Source of the DNA: Chiloscyllium plagiosum
Taxonomy: Eukaryota
Direction of reading: 5' to 3'
Assembly: GCF_004010195.1 (NCBI RefSeq)
Contig: NC_057737.1
Location: 19,938,327 to 20,002,326 of the forward strand
Length of the DNA: 64,000 nucleotides
Shown: positions 51,921-64,000 of the stretch, piece by piece
Layout: each line of letters starts with the position of its first letter
Position numbering within the stretch: the stretch's first letter is position 1
Program-made: the position numbers and the translations under genes
Notes under the pieces: generated by a model
Told to the model about the DNA's origin: nothing
What the model saw: only the letters and a program-made list of their open reading frames with translations
The model's database searches: none

Positions 51921-53699
51921 TGGGTAAATATGGACTACAAATTTTCAACTTTCATCATATGAGTTTAATATTTGTGACATTCATAGATTAAAAATTGTTT
52001 TTAAAAATAACAGCAGCAGTCAACTGAACACAGACAGAACTAGCCTAGGAAACCACCAAACAAGAAGCAGTATGAGCTGAAATTATCAAAGAATATTGAA
52101 ACTCAGGACTGTAGTTCACATTTGATTTACGTCTTTATGGATAAGTTTCACATATTAGGGTGGAAAGACTTAGGAGCAAATTATCAAGCTTGGTAAAACA
52201 AAGAAGCCAAACATGGTAATACACCAATTAATTGTATTTCCAGTAGTTTCTTTGAAAGAATGAAATGCATTTATCACCATAGACCTGAAAACTCTCTCCC
52301 TCCCTGTTTTTTTTTCAGCTTCACAAAAGACAATACTCAGTGATAAAAGGAAATGGGAATAACTATTCCAATAATCCATTCACCAAGAACTCAAACGTAT
52401 CCATAAAGCCTACCACAGCGGAGCATCAATTAAAAAGCCATAGTTTAACCTAAACTTCAAGAACTCTGTGGACTTTTTAAACTGCATATTCTTTTACCTT
52501 GCTATCTATACCAGGCACTCATTCCTTTTCAAACTTTACACATATATTAGTGTGTATTTAATGTCACATTTTATTACCTTTTCACGATTATTATGTAATC
52601 AAATTCCACTTCCTTTCATTCAAGAAAGCCTTATCATTGGCTCTTTAATTTTAAACTAGTGGACTACATTATAATTGTAGTGCGACGTGGCCGTGTGCTA
52701 AAAAGAAACAAAATCTTTGCAGTGGCCAAACAAGGGGGCAAAAAGGTGGCATCTGGTTCTCCTCTCCTAGTCACCTGTTGGTAGCATTCCCTCAGGATAA
52801 GTGTTCATGTTCTGGAGAATAATCCCCTCAACTTCTGACTGAAAAGCAAGATTTTGACCAAGCGCAGGGTTGGACACCAGAGTCAAAAGTCTGAATTATG
52901 AGAAAAGTCAGGAGAATGTTATGTCTTTCAACCTGGTGAGGTGATCTCAGAGACATAGAAGACGGTGAAAGGAATGAAAAATGTAAATACAGAATGCTAT
53001 AGGCAATTACAAAAGTAGGCCAGAATGTAAGCTGGGGAAGAAGAGGGCACATTCTTCTGGAAGGGTTAGTGTTGAAAATGGGAGGTATGGATTGGATCAA
53101 TTGCCATGGTTTACAGTGCAGAATGAGGTGCCCTTTTGCAGAACTGCCCTGTAGGTTGGATTACTGACATCATTTAAACATTGCGTTCCAATGCCACAAA
53201 TGTCCAGACTCAGGAGCTGAATTTTTCATTTTAAAGCTTTTTCAAAAAATTAAACATTAGCATTTTAAGCAATTTTATGCACTCCTCAAATGCTCCTCAA
53301 AGAGGGGAAAGAGATGGTGATTTAAAAAAATAGTGAGGATAAAAGGAAGATACATAATCAGTAGTGTGAAACATCTTCAACCCTAATCTGAAGGCAAGTT
53401 ACCAGTTGCTAATCGCTGAAAACTTGGATACATGCATTCAGCAGTAAGACCCCTCCCTGCGGCTTCTGAACCCTGCTATTGGGATCAAATAGAGGTCAAA
53501 AACCTGTACTCAGTGAGAAACAGAAACTCATTGTGATTTTCCCTGGGGTTGGCCATTTAAAGATCCGCAGCCTATAATGGTGAATGGATAAGGGAGATGG
53601 CACATCAAAATCCTCTCTCTCTAACTATTAAAGTTCAAATTGAAATGAGCATTCATAGTCAAGCTACCACTTGGGGAGGGGGGATTGGTGGGGAGAATA

Positions 53700-54340
53700 T
53701 GGTGGATTCCAGGGTATTGAATAAACTTAAGGAAGATATAGACAGATTTTTAATTAGTAACAGTTTGAAAGGTTACGTGGAGTGGACAGGAAAGCTGAGT
53801 TAAGGCTGAGTATTAAATGGCAGAGCAGGCTTAAGGGGCTGAATTGACAACTCTTGCTCTAATTCTTATGTTCTGAGGAATTGGTGCATAGGTCCCCAAC
53901 ACCATTTGTAGCTCGTTTGTGTCTGATCACAGCTCCAATGGGGCCTAAAAATCCAACCTCATGTTTTGGATACCCTGCTTATGGAAGAGTATGAAGGCAA
54001 TGGAGAGGAGACAGAAGACATTCACTGAAATGGTACTTGGTTTTACTTGTAACGGGATATTTGAAAAATTGAGGTTATTTTCTCAGAACAGAGGTTACCA
54101 GGAGAATTAATGGAGGTGTTCAGAATGATGAGGTCATCATCAAAATAAATCAGAGCAAGTATTTCCGCTGATAGGTGAATGAGTAAGTGAACAACAAGAA
54201 TTTAAGTTCACCACCAAATGAGCTAAATTGAGACATTTAGAGAATTCATTTCCTGCAGATGACAGTTAAGATCTGTAGCATCTCGACAAGAACAGTCCAA
54301 ACAGCAAAATCCATAATAGCTATTACAAAGGCAGTGGATG
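53700..54340 (+). mobile_element. Two old CR1 3' fragments
   Basis: gatatagacagatttttaattagtaa...aatggcagagcaggcttaaggggctgaattg and cagaagacattcactgaaatggtacttgg. Confidence 0.6.
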
Positions 54341-54344
54341 CATG

Positions 54345-54780
54345 AAGTGTCTGCCATTGGTACCACTCTTGCCTATGAGACAAGTTCCAGTTTGAGTTCT
54401 ATGCAATGGCTTCAACATGGGAATTCAAGCTGCTCCTATGTGCAGTACTAAAAACGTGCCGCACTGTCAGAGATGCCTTCTTTTGGATGAGATATTAAAC
54501 CAAAGCTTGAGTCTGCCTGTGCAGGTGGATGTAAAGGATTCCATTACACTATTTTGAAGACCTGGAGACTTACTCCTGGTGTCCTTGCCAACATTTCTCA
54601 CTCAATCAATCTTAGAGAAAAAAAAATATCTGATCATTACCCCACTGCTGTATATGAGAGTTTATTATGCCAATTATCATCAATGTTTCCCACTTCACAT
54701 CCATGATTACATATTGAAAATCATTTCATTTGCTACCCTGTGTTTTGGGATATCCAGTAATCATAAGTTCAAGATTTTCT
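54345..54780 (+). mobile_element. Deu-type tRNA SINE upstream of the TM exon
   Basis: gcactgtcagagatgccttcttttggatgagatattaaacc...ggtggatgtaaaggattccattacactattttgaaga resembles the Deu core as recalled. Confidence 0.6.
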
Positions 54781-54927
54781 TTGCTGTTTGAAAAGAAAAT
54801 CAAATGAAGAAATGTACTTGGAGAAGAGCTGTTATTGAATGTGTACTTTACAATGTGTAAATGGTATGGATGTCAAATAGAAGACACCTACTATTTCATG
54901 TGTATAAGATGCCTGCTTCTCTTGCAG

Positions 54928-55045
54928 TGGCCAAACCTGCAAACTCTCTGAGCCGGATGCAAGGAAGTCATATTGCCATTGCAGTGTTCATCCCAGTGAT
55001 CATTGTAGCCCTCCTCATCGCTGCGATCTATTTCTACTTTACAAA
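54928..55045 (+). CDS. sez6: SEZ6 exon: stalk and transmembrane helix
   Basis: Acceptor gcttctcttgcAG, donor AA|GTgagt. Encodes (V)AKPANSLSRMQGSHIAIAVFIPVIIVALLIAAIYFYFT(K), a hydrophobic TM stretch. Phase 1 to 2. Confidence 0.95.
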
Positions 55046-55689
55046 GTGAGTAGTTGCACAAAATGTAAAATTAACAGCAACAGCTGAACTTAATAATGCA
55101 CCTTATTTAACATCCAGAGCAGACTGATAATAATTTTTTTATGAAAGCAAGGATAGAAAATGAAGGATATTAACAAGTAGCCTTACTGAAAGAATGTTTA
55201 AAGCATCATTGAAGTTGATTTCTGATGTTGCATTTTTCTTATTGCAAAATTAATTAATTATTTTCATGTTGTGACAATATATGTTATGAATAGACAGGCA
55301 AATTGCATTATTTAGAAATTAGATAAATATCTTTTAATTTCATCAAGGATTTAATGAGCTACATTCTTCTCATTATTAATACTGGGCTGTCTTCATCTAA
55401 AATATGATGAATTGTCTGTTAGGTCTTATTTCAATTGAATAACTACCTGCCCTTAGTGGAAAACACCTTCTTCTTGATTGTGACACCAGTAGTTCAATAA
55501 ACAACATTCATGTGTCACTCTGTAAGGAGTGCACATCACGGACGCCAGGCATGATTACTAATCTGGATACAAAGTCCATTTAAAATTAGAAGCCATTTCC
55601 AAGAAGCACATGCAGCAAAACTTTTGTTCACAATCAGCTGCGTTTTTGAATTTGCTTGTGTTTGAAAATTTGAACAATAGGGGAAGAAA

Positions 55690-56600
55690 AATAAATATAG
55701 GAACACACAAAAATAGGAGCCCCTTGAGCCTGCTCTGCCAATCAATATGATCATGACTGAATTGTTTGTGTTTAAAATTCCACAATCCCGTCTACCTCCA
55801 AAAATGTTAAATTCCTCTGCCTACCAAGAGCCTACCTCCAGATTAAAAACGTTCAATGACAGCTTCCTCTACCTTCTGGGACAGAGAGTATCAAAGTCAC
55901 ATAATCCTCTGAGAGGAGCATTTCTTTTCATCTCAAACCTTAAAGAGTGACCCCTCATTTTAAAACAGTGACCCCTAGTTCTGGTTTCACCCACAAGAGG
56001 ACCCAATATTTCCTTTATACTTCGACCAAGTCACCCCTCCCTCTTCTAGATTCAGTGGTAACAAGTCCAGCCTGTCCATCCTTTCCTCAGAAGATAACCC
56101 ACTTATTCAACATATCAATCTAGTAAACCACATCTGAACACCTCCAGTGCATTTACCTCCTTCCTTAAATAAGAAGGCCAAAACTGTTAACAGCGTTCAA
56201 GATGTGATCTCACCATGCTGGATATAAATTTTTCTATTTATTAATGGGACGTGACCATCACTGGTTGGACCAGTGTTTAGTGCCTATTCCTCATTTCCCT
56301 TGAGATGGTGAAGTTGAGTTAAGCCATAAAATCCCAATTTTGTATTTAATTCCACTCAGAATAAAGAATAGCATCCCATTAACCTCCTTCGTTATGTGTT
56401 GTACTTGCGTTCTAACCTTTTGTGACTCATGTACTGGAACATATAGATCCCTCTTCATCTCAGAATTCTTCAGTCATTTGCCATTCTTCTCACCAAAATG
56501 AACAACAAAGGGTTTTCCCATATTATACTCCCTCTGCCAGATTTTTGCTCGCTCACTCAATCTATCTATATCTGTCCGCAAATGTTTTATGTCTTTTTCA
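55690..56600 (-). mobile_element. Old CR1 fragment(s)
   Basis: ataggagcccttgagcctgctctgccaatcaatatgatcatgactga (CR1 3' UTR reverse complement) and downstream ORF2 remnants. Confidence 0.7.
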
Positions 56601-57649
56601 TGTTGTGCATTCCTACCTATCTTTGGTTCATAATTATTATGTCTCCATTTTCCTCTCCAAATTCATGTACAGCTCACTTCCTGCTGAGAACAAAGCATAA
56701 ATAGACATGAGGACTGTCTAGGGTGATTCTCTCTTGTGAACAAGCCCTGAGGTTTTGTGCCAATCCACCTGGATATCAGAAACTCATGGCAGGGAACTGT
56801 AGGTGGGAGCTCCCATTCTGTTACCACCATTCAACCTTAGGTAGCTAGGCTTGAAAATTATCAAATGTTATCAGAACAATTGGAAATCACTTTGTGAACA
56901 GAAACATCATTAGTAGTTTTGATTTGAATAGTTTTAGGTTACACTTATTCAAATAAGTTTTTCAGTTTTTCAAGAACACATTGGGAAAACTTCATTACTA
57001 AAGTACTTTAACACTTAAAATTGAAAGTTGCCATTTTAATCAATCAGGTCTTTGCTTTCTATGTTTCTCACTGTGCCAGGGTATATTAGATTGCTTAAGT
57101 ATAGTGAATGCAAGAAAATTGAGTGGGAAAGGGAAGGTTAAAAGTGCATGCTCAGTTGGGATTTTCTGTTCAATGAATTATCTAGCTGGAATCTCAGTTA
57201 GAAAGTCTATCTCTATAAAATATCAATATTTGATATAGTTGTCATTTGGTCGGAACATTGTCAAACTCTTGCTCAGTCTCCTAATTAATTTGCAACAACT
57301 TCTTATCAGCTGGTTTGCGACAGCTAAGTATTTAATTTTAAAAATATACCTCCCATTGTAACTTTATTTGGAACCCTCATTCAAATCCTCCCAACTCTAG
57401 CAGCAATTAACAATCGGAAATGGGAAATGTAGCTTATTTTCTCCAAATGAATGAAGAAGCATTAAAGCTTCACTTCTGATCAATAAATTCAACACAAACT
57501 GGTTATTAAACCTGGAACATTTTCTGCTTTATATGACTCCGATACTTGTGTTTTATCTACAGCATAGTTTATGAGCTAAATTTAATAAACTGGCAAGTTC
57601 AGGTAGCACTGAATGCTCCATAAGTGCTTATTGTTTCTGACTAACCTCG

Positions 57650-58250
57650 TCTCATCTCCTGTTAAAACACTCATTTGTGCTTTTGGTGCCTGCAGATATG
57701 ACTAATGCAATGGTCTCCTGGCCCACCTACCATTCTGTGTAAATGTTTACTCATCCAAAACTCTGCTGCTTATGTCTTGAGCTGCACCATGTCCTATTTA
57801 TTAATCTCTTCTGTGCTCACTGTCCTACATTGTCTCTGTCTAACAATGTCTCACTTTTGAAATTCTCATTACTTTTTAAATCCTTCCATGTCCTTGCCCC
57901 TTTCTCTCTTTGTAATCCACTCAAATCCTAACCCAGTCCAGAGAAAGGGACTGTACAATGCTGTCACAATTTCCTCTAGATGCTTGCTTGGTTTTAATTG
58001 TTCCACCATTGGTGACCATGCTTTCAGCTGCCTAAGATCTGGAATACCCTGTCTAAATCCCTCCACGTTTCTTTCTCTCTCTCTCCTCCTTTACAACACT
58101 CCTTAAAACCTACCTCTTCAAACAAACATTTGGCCACCTGTCCTAACCAATCCTTTTCTGGTTCAGTGTCAAATGGTGTTTGACATTCCTGTGAAGAGGC
58201 TGGCGTGCTTTACAACATTAAAGGTGATATATTAATGGAAGTTGTTGTTG
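57650..58250 (+). mobile_element. L2 LINE 3' fragment
   Basis: ccaaaactctgctgct...aaattctcatt...ggtgaccatgctttcagc...ccttaaaacctacctcttc, with a tail ending gttgttgttg. Confidence 0.7.
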
Positions 58251-58377
58251 TAGTGAGCAGGTCCATTGATGCTCAGCTTCTGTGAGAAGTGAGTGTCTGC
58301 AGCCACTGCCTAGTGCACAGTGTTCTATCTCCATGAAGAGTTTTGACAAAGCTCTTTTACTTCACTTCTCTTCCCAG

Positions 58378-58480
58378 GTTCCAGGGAAAGTCCACATTAA
58401 GGCTGCCACTGGCTGGCCCTCATCCCTACAACCACATCACCGTGGAATCAGCATTCGACAATCCCATATATGAGACAGGA
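58378..58480 (+). CDS. sez6: SEZ6 exon: cytoplasmic tail with YxxPhi (YNHI) and NPxY (NPIY) motifs
   Basis: Acceptor cacttctcttcccAG, donor GGA|GTaagt. Encodes (K)FQGKSTLRLPLAGPHPYNHITVESAFDNPIYETG. Phase 2 to 0. Confidence 0.95.
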
Positions 58481-60279
58481 GTAAGTAATGAGCCCCTCCA
58501 GCTGAGGGATTTGGATCCTGAAAATGCGCCTGTCCTTACCTGAACAGCTTCCATCACATCACAGTTGTCCTCTTACAAGCTGCTTGCCATAGGCATGAAA
58601 CCTGTTGAAGCCATCCGTCAGTCATCTCACAAAGTCCTTGCATTATATATTTAAAAACCATTACCATTCGTATTTATTTTCAATATAGCTTTTGTTCCAG
58701 ATTCATTGTGAGCTTTTGGTGTGTCAGTTATATTTTGGTTTTTGTTTCTGTTAGAAAACTGCAAAACTTCTGATAAAATTTCGCATGGTTATGTTTCTAT
58801 TCTCGGTGATCTATGCTTTAGAATCTATTACATTTTATGTAAGCATTACTTTGGTGCAGTCTCTCTGGGTATCAGGATACTGAGGGGATTTCACTGTATT
58901 ACTGAATGTGCAGTAAAGGAAGTCAGGTGATTCAAAATCAAATCGCTGTCAATGAAAATCGACAGTGAACTAGAAATCTGATATTTATTGAGTGACCTTA
59001 GCAGCATTCTGAGATAGTTCTCCCTGTGATTTCCAGCTTTCTTAATCTCCTGTTAATGTCGCTGCCTCACAGACACAGTTGATGTTTCTGGCCAGCGAAG
59101 CTGTATTATGAGTAAATAGTGAATAGAATGCATTCAGAATTACTGGAATTTGTTTTGCCCTTTTCAAGAAGAATGCAGATGAAGTTTCCAACACGTTCAA
59201 ATTTCTGGAGCATCAGCAATTTACCTGAGAGTTGATGAATAGTTTACAGGTTCTTAAAAATAACTTGCTCTTCAGACAGAGCTAACCTGACTAAATTCAG
59301 TTTTACAGAAGACCTTAATGAGGTCAAACACTGACATCAAACACTGACATCCCAGTTGAAAGGTTTTTAAAACACCAGTCCTTGATTACCTATACAATGC
59401 TTTAGACTTACCTCATCATCTTCCTTTGTCTTTCTTACCTTGGTCCTTTACTGTATGTCCCCTTGACCTCAATTTAAAAGCCATTTGATGCTGAATCTCA
59501 ATTTTTAAACGCATTAAAGCATTTATACAGTACAGCCTGTGAATCAGGGTTGAAACATGATGTAAATTATTTAGTGCAATGAGTGATTGAGTTTAGAAGT
59601 GTTCATGTTTGGGCTCTATTTTCTTCTGTTCACTAATAAAGCAAGCAGCACCTTCTCATGCTTGTGCCTACTCTTTGTTACACAGTCAAATGTATCAGTC
59701 TGAGGTGGAACTCTACTGAGCTTACCGATTAAACAGAGAGCGGATGGTTTTCATTCTTAATATGAAAAGCCCAACGCTGAGATATTAAATTGAAACTTTT
59801 CCACTGAAAAGGCTAACACAACCATTTCCTGTTATTTCTTGATGTGGAATTTTTTGAGTTACCAGCCTTCTCATGCATCCACATGATGGGTGGGCTTTTC
59901 TTCCTCTCACAGATTGTTGTCTAACACTGAACAAAATAATAAGCTTGGAATGACAATATTTCTCCCATCCCCACTCCATGTCAGAAACCTTTAAAAGTAA
60001 AGCAAAAGGGCATGTAGATGGGGGCAGCTTAATTAAAACTAAACCAACCCCAGTCTCCGAGTCCTGGCATTTTTACATAAAAGTCAGCTGCACTAACATC
60101 AGATGCTTTTGTTTCACTTCTGCTCTCCATTTCAACTTTAACAGAGCCCAGCAAGATCAAAACAGACAAATGAAGCTCTCTGCCAGCTTGTTGCCTAAGT
60201 CCCACCTGATGTAGTTTTCAATTTAGCCACCAGTTTTATGACTCAGAACAGGGTGGAACCTGATGAATCTGGGGCAGAC

Positions 60280-60665
60280 AGTGGCTTGGTGGTAATGTTG
60301 ATAGAAAATCTAGACTCCAAGCTAATGCTCCAGAGGGCAAGGGTTCAAATCCCACCCAACCTAAATTTAAACTCAATTAGTTAAGTCTAGAATTGAAAGA
60401 TAATCTCATTGATGGTGACCGTGAAACTGTTAAACTGTTGTTACAAAAACCCCATCTGGTTCACTCATACTCTTGAATGAAAGGAAATCTAACACATTAC
60501 CACCAATCTGGCCTTCATGTGACTCCAGACCTGGAGCAATGCCATTGACTCTTCATTACTCCTTGAATTGGCCAAGCAAGCCACTTAGTTCAAAGGCAGA
60601 ATGGGATGGGCAGCAAGTGCAGACCTTGTCAGCAATTCCTCTGTCCATGAAAGAATTCTAAAAAA
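60280..60665 (+). mobile_element. tRNA-derived SINE with CR1-like tail
   Basis: gtggcttggtggtaatg (A box), gggttcaaatccc (B box) and tctggccttcatgtgactccagac, shared with 45035-45060. Confidence 0.75.
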
Positions 60666-63399
60666 GTGAGGTCCTATGAAATGTGGGAACTAGGCAGCCT
60701 AATCAGCAGTCCCTCAAGGAACAGATGGAAGTCATTTGAAAATTGCTTTCCAGGAACTCATTGAATGCATCCACTCGTCCCAAAAAAATCATCTAAGATC
60801 ATCCATAACATGCCTCCCCTACCCTATCATTCCTCCTCTTTATGAACAGCTGCTTCCCACCCTTATTTGAATGTTGTTGGTAATGTTCAACTTGAAGTTA
60901 GCGGAATTCCTGTGCACCTACAATTGGTGAGCTGCCCATTAGAATTGACTGCACGCCCCATCACTATCATTGAGCAGGGAAAAGAAGACACCCTGGCAAC
61001 TCCCTATCTGATCTGCAACCCAATAGAAATGCAGCCTCCACATCTCTAATGTATTTTAAAAGCACTCTCTGCGTAGAGATGTTTTACTGCTTCAGACGTA
61101 ATGGAAATTCTAGCATATTCAAATTAAACAGATCAAAATTACAATACCATAAAATGTTGTTAAACACTTGTTTGCCACTATTGTCCAGAATGATTTCATT
61201 CCATTGATCTTCACCTGTTTAAAACCTGACCAAACCAAACAGAAAAGTATGTCAACAGATCCAAGGTAAACATTATCTTATCACGTCCAGTGAAGAGAAG
61301 TGACACAAAAAATTGAGCAGGGAGCATTGGTCTACGGTCAGAGAGTACACATTCATTTTTTAGCCTATTCACAGATGCTGTTGCATCGTTAGTGCAGAGA
61401 AGAAAGTTAAATGCCAGGGGCAAATTTTTCCAAGATGCCCCTTCACTGAATTTAGTTGACAACCAGCGAAGTATTCCTGATTTTACAATAAGCCAGCGTA
61501 TGAGATCCAGATTAATTTCACGGAAAATTATGACCTCATTCTTTCTGTGGAGTCAGTAAACGAAGTGACGATTTATCGCGAAACCCATCATCTGCCCTGA
61601 TTCAAAATATTAAAGTAATGACAAACATTCAGATTCCAGTCAAAAATGAAATTAAAATTATTTGAAATTTTAGATTTGTACAAATAGATCTAGTATGGTA
61701 TTTTTATTCTGAAAATAGAATTGCACGTGATCAAACTGTATGGAACAGAATGGTATTTTTGCTGTATTTGGAATTTATTTTCTCGTTGTGAAAGTGATTA
61801 TTATTGCAAGATGGTAATTTAATTTCAAATCAGGTTAACTGACAAATTAAGCTTTAAGACAGAAACAATAATGATCAAAACATATGCAAAGCCTTGCCAT
61901 ATAGTGAATTAGCTCTAGTTATGGATTTGGCATTATTTTGTTTGTGAACTGAATCTGTATATTTAGTTCTATAGCTTTATTTGCAATCACAGTTGGAATA
62001 CTAAAAATTGACCCCCCCAAAAAAAAATTTAACGCTAGTCAAATTGAAGGATTGTATTGAATGCACAAAGATTTACTCCCAATTTACTTGTTATTTATTA
62101 TAAGAAAAGTGCTCCAAACTGAATTATGCAATTGCTAAATCAATATGGTCTCTAGTAACTGTGAATGAAAACTAATTCATTATTAAAGTGTGTGGCATCT
62201 GTTCATTTTGTTTGCTGTTGTTTCTTGTTCTTCAATCATTTTGCAACTTCCTTTATGGAATACCTGGGGCTGGATTGTTGAAATATTACTGGCACCAAAT
62301 CCTGTGGCAGAGAACAAGCAGTCCAGTCGGAGATACAGTTAACAGCTCCCTGTTCCCCATAATTAACTAATAGAGTGAAATTTGAGCCAATTACATTTAT
62401 GTGTTTGGCTTCTCATGAGCTTCCCTTTTACATTGACTGATGACCATTTAAAGATAGTGAACATCTCTGTGACCTGAAATATAATCAGTTGTTCAGGTCT
62501 TCATCTTACTTGGCCAAAAGTTTTAGCTTATCAGCGGAGCAAGAGTTGTCAAAAGGATTGGCATGAACCCCACTGCTACAGTGGCTTTGAATCCTAATTG
62601 GAAAAGAATTTGGCTTCAGAGGCCACTTGTTGCTCAAGCCAAGACAAATTGTATTGGTTTCAGACAAAAGAAAAGGCTCCGATCTTGACCAGCTCAGATA
62701 TTTGTTAAAGCTAACATTTCAGCCTTTAGATTTGGCTGTCCCTTTACCTATCTAACCCTGGCACAGTCATAGCCCTTGATGTATGTCACTTCTGTTTAAT
62801 TGTAATGCTGATCAGGCCTGACTGAAGATTGCAAAAATGTCTCTATTTAGTCTGAAAAAGAAAACCAACTTGTCAGCACCAGAAAATGTTAGCAGGCATG
62901 GAATCTTAACCTATTACGGTCCTTTCATTGTACAACAATCATGACGCTTTGCTGTCATAGCAAATGGACAGCTTTCCTGGGACTCTGAGGAGTTCAACAA
63001 CAGAAAGAAATCCAGCCTTTTTAAACTATGCAAAGAATTTATCAATTGTTTAACTGATAAATCAAATGGCCTGTTCCCTGTATTGTGAGCAATTAGTTTT
63101 GGAGTGCTTCAGTAAGGAACCAGGCCAAACACAATGGGTCAATAGCCTTTTTCTGTGTTGCTAACCTTCTGTGGTTCTAACCAACTTGAATACAGCATTA
63201 TAAACAACATTATATAAACAGCAATTTACAGTATTATAAACTTGATAGTTTGAAGATCTAATGTGGTATTATTTATATCACCTTCTCTGCACCAGAAGGG
63301 GGAAAAACACTAATCGTTGGAAATGACCAGTACTAGACCAATTGGTTTTGTGTACCATAAAGTGGTACTCCAATTTGGACTAGAGGCAATCATTACTAA

Positions 63400-63840
63400 G
63401 TCATAGAGTAATAGAGTTGTACAGCACAGAAACAGAACCTCTGGTCTAATTCATTCATGCCGGCCAGATATTTTAAATTAATCTAGTCCCATTTGCCAGC
63501 ATTTGGTCCATATCCCTCTGAACCCTTTCTAGTCATATTCCCATCCAGATCTCTTTTAAATGTTGTTATTATACCAGCCTCCACCACTTCCTCTGGCAGC
63601 TTATTCCATACATGCGCCATTCACTGTGTGAAAATTTGCCCCTAAGGTCCCTTTTATATGTTTCCCCTCTCACCTGAATCCTACACCCTCGAGTTTTGGA
63701 CTAACCTATCCTGGGAAAAAGACCATGGCTATTCACCCTATCAATGTCCCTCATGATTTTACACTTTTCGATAAGGTCACCCCGCAGTCTCCAACACTCC
63801 AGGGAAAATAGCCTCAGCCTAACCAACCTCTCTCTATAGT
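63400..63840 (-). mobile_element. CR1 LINE 3' end
   Basis: Colinear with 48965-49400 (ccagcctccaccacttcctctggcagc, aggtcacccc..agtctccaacactccagggaaaa). Confidence 0.9.
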
Positions 63841-64000
63841 CGTTCTGGTTTTCCCTTCTGGAGAAACGTGAAAGAATTTTATCACTAGGCCTCTATCACT
63901 CTGTGTTCCACAGGGAAGGATGTGAGAGAGTCTTGGGCTGGAACATTCCAGGAGGATCAAGTCCTCAAGGACAGGACCATATGTACATCTGATCTCCTGC

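Noticed and set aside
59165-59195. Possible sez6 terminal exon (gaagaatgcagatgaagtttcc)
   Set aside because: Only a partial EVS resemblance. No phase-0 acceptor yields ETREYEVSI-like sequence followed by a stop.

Overview
This is eukaryotic (vertebrate) genomic DNA, not prokaryotic. The HE1-type V-SINEs and the CR1/Penelope repeat mix point to an elasmobranch (shark); that assignment is an inference. The + strand carries the 3' half of a SEZ6 (seizure-related 6) gene as seven coding exons with canonical AG/GT sites and matching phases. They encode the end of CUB3 (9602-9798), three Sushi/CCP domains (27304-27498, 36506-36697, 47167-47361), a 39-nt microexon absent from the ORF track (48056-48094), the transmembrane segment (54928-55045) and the NPxY cytoplasmic tail (58378-58480). 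The upstream exons and the terminal exon were not found in the window. Everything else is intron, densely filled with CR1, Rex1/Babar and L2 LINE fragments, HE1 and Deu-type SINEs, two solo-LTR-like elements, a Tigger-like MITE, a 48-bp minisatellite and Penelope-like elements (PLEs). The most striking non-genic signal is a set of very short (about 90-490 bp), non-coding PLE-terminus modules. Most carry minimal hammerhead-ribozyme cores (CUGAnGA...GAAA), are often folded back as long palindromes, and are repeatedly flanked by 12-13 bp target-site duplications. Several lie on the sense strand of the sez6 pre-mRNA. Almost all other ORFs in the track are repeat-derived or spurious. Repeat boundaries were read by eye and are approximate unless a TSD is quoted.
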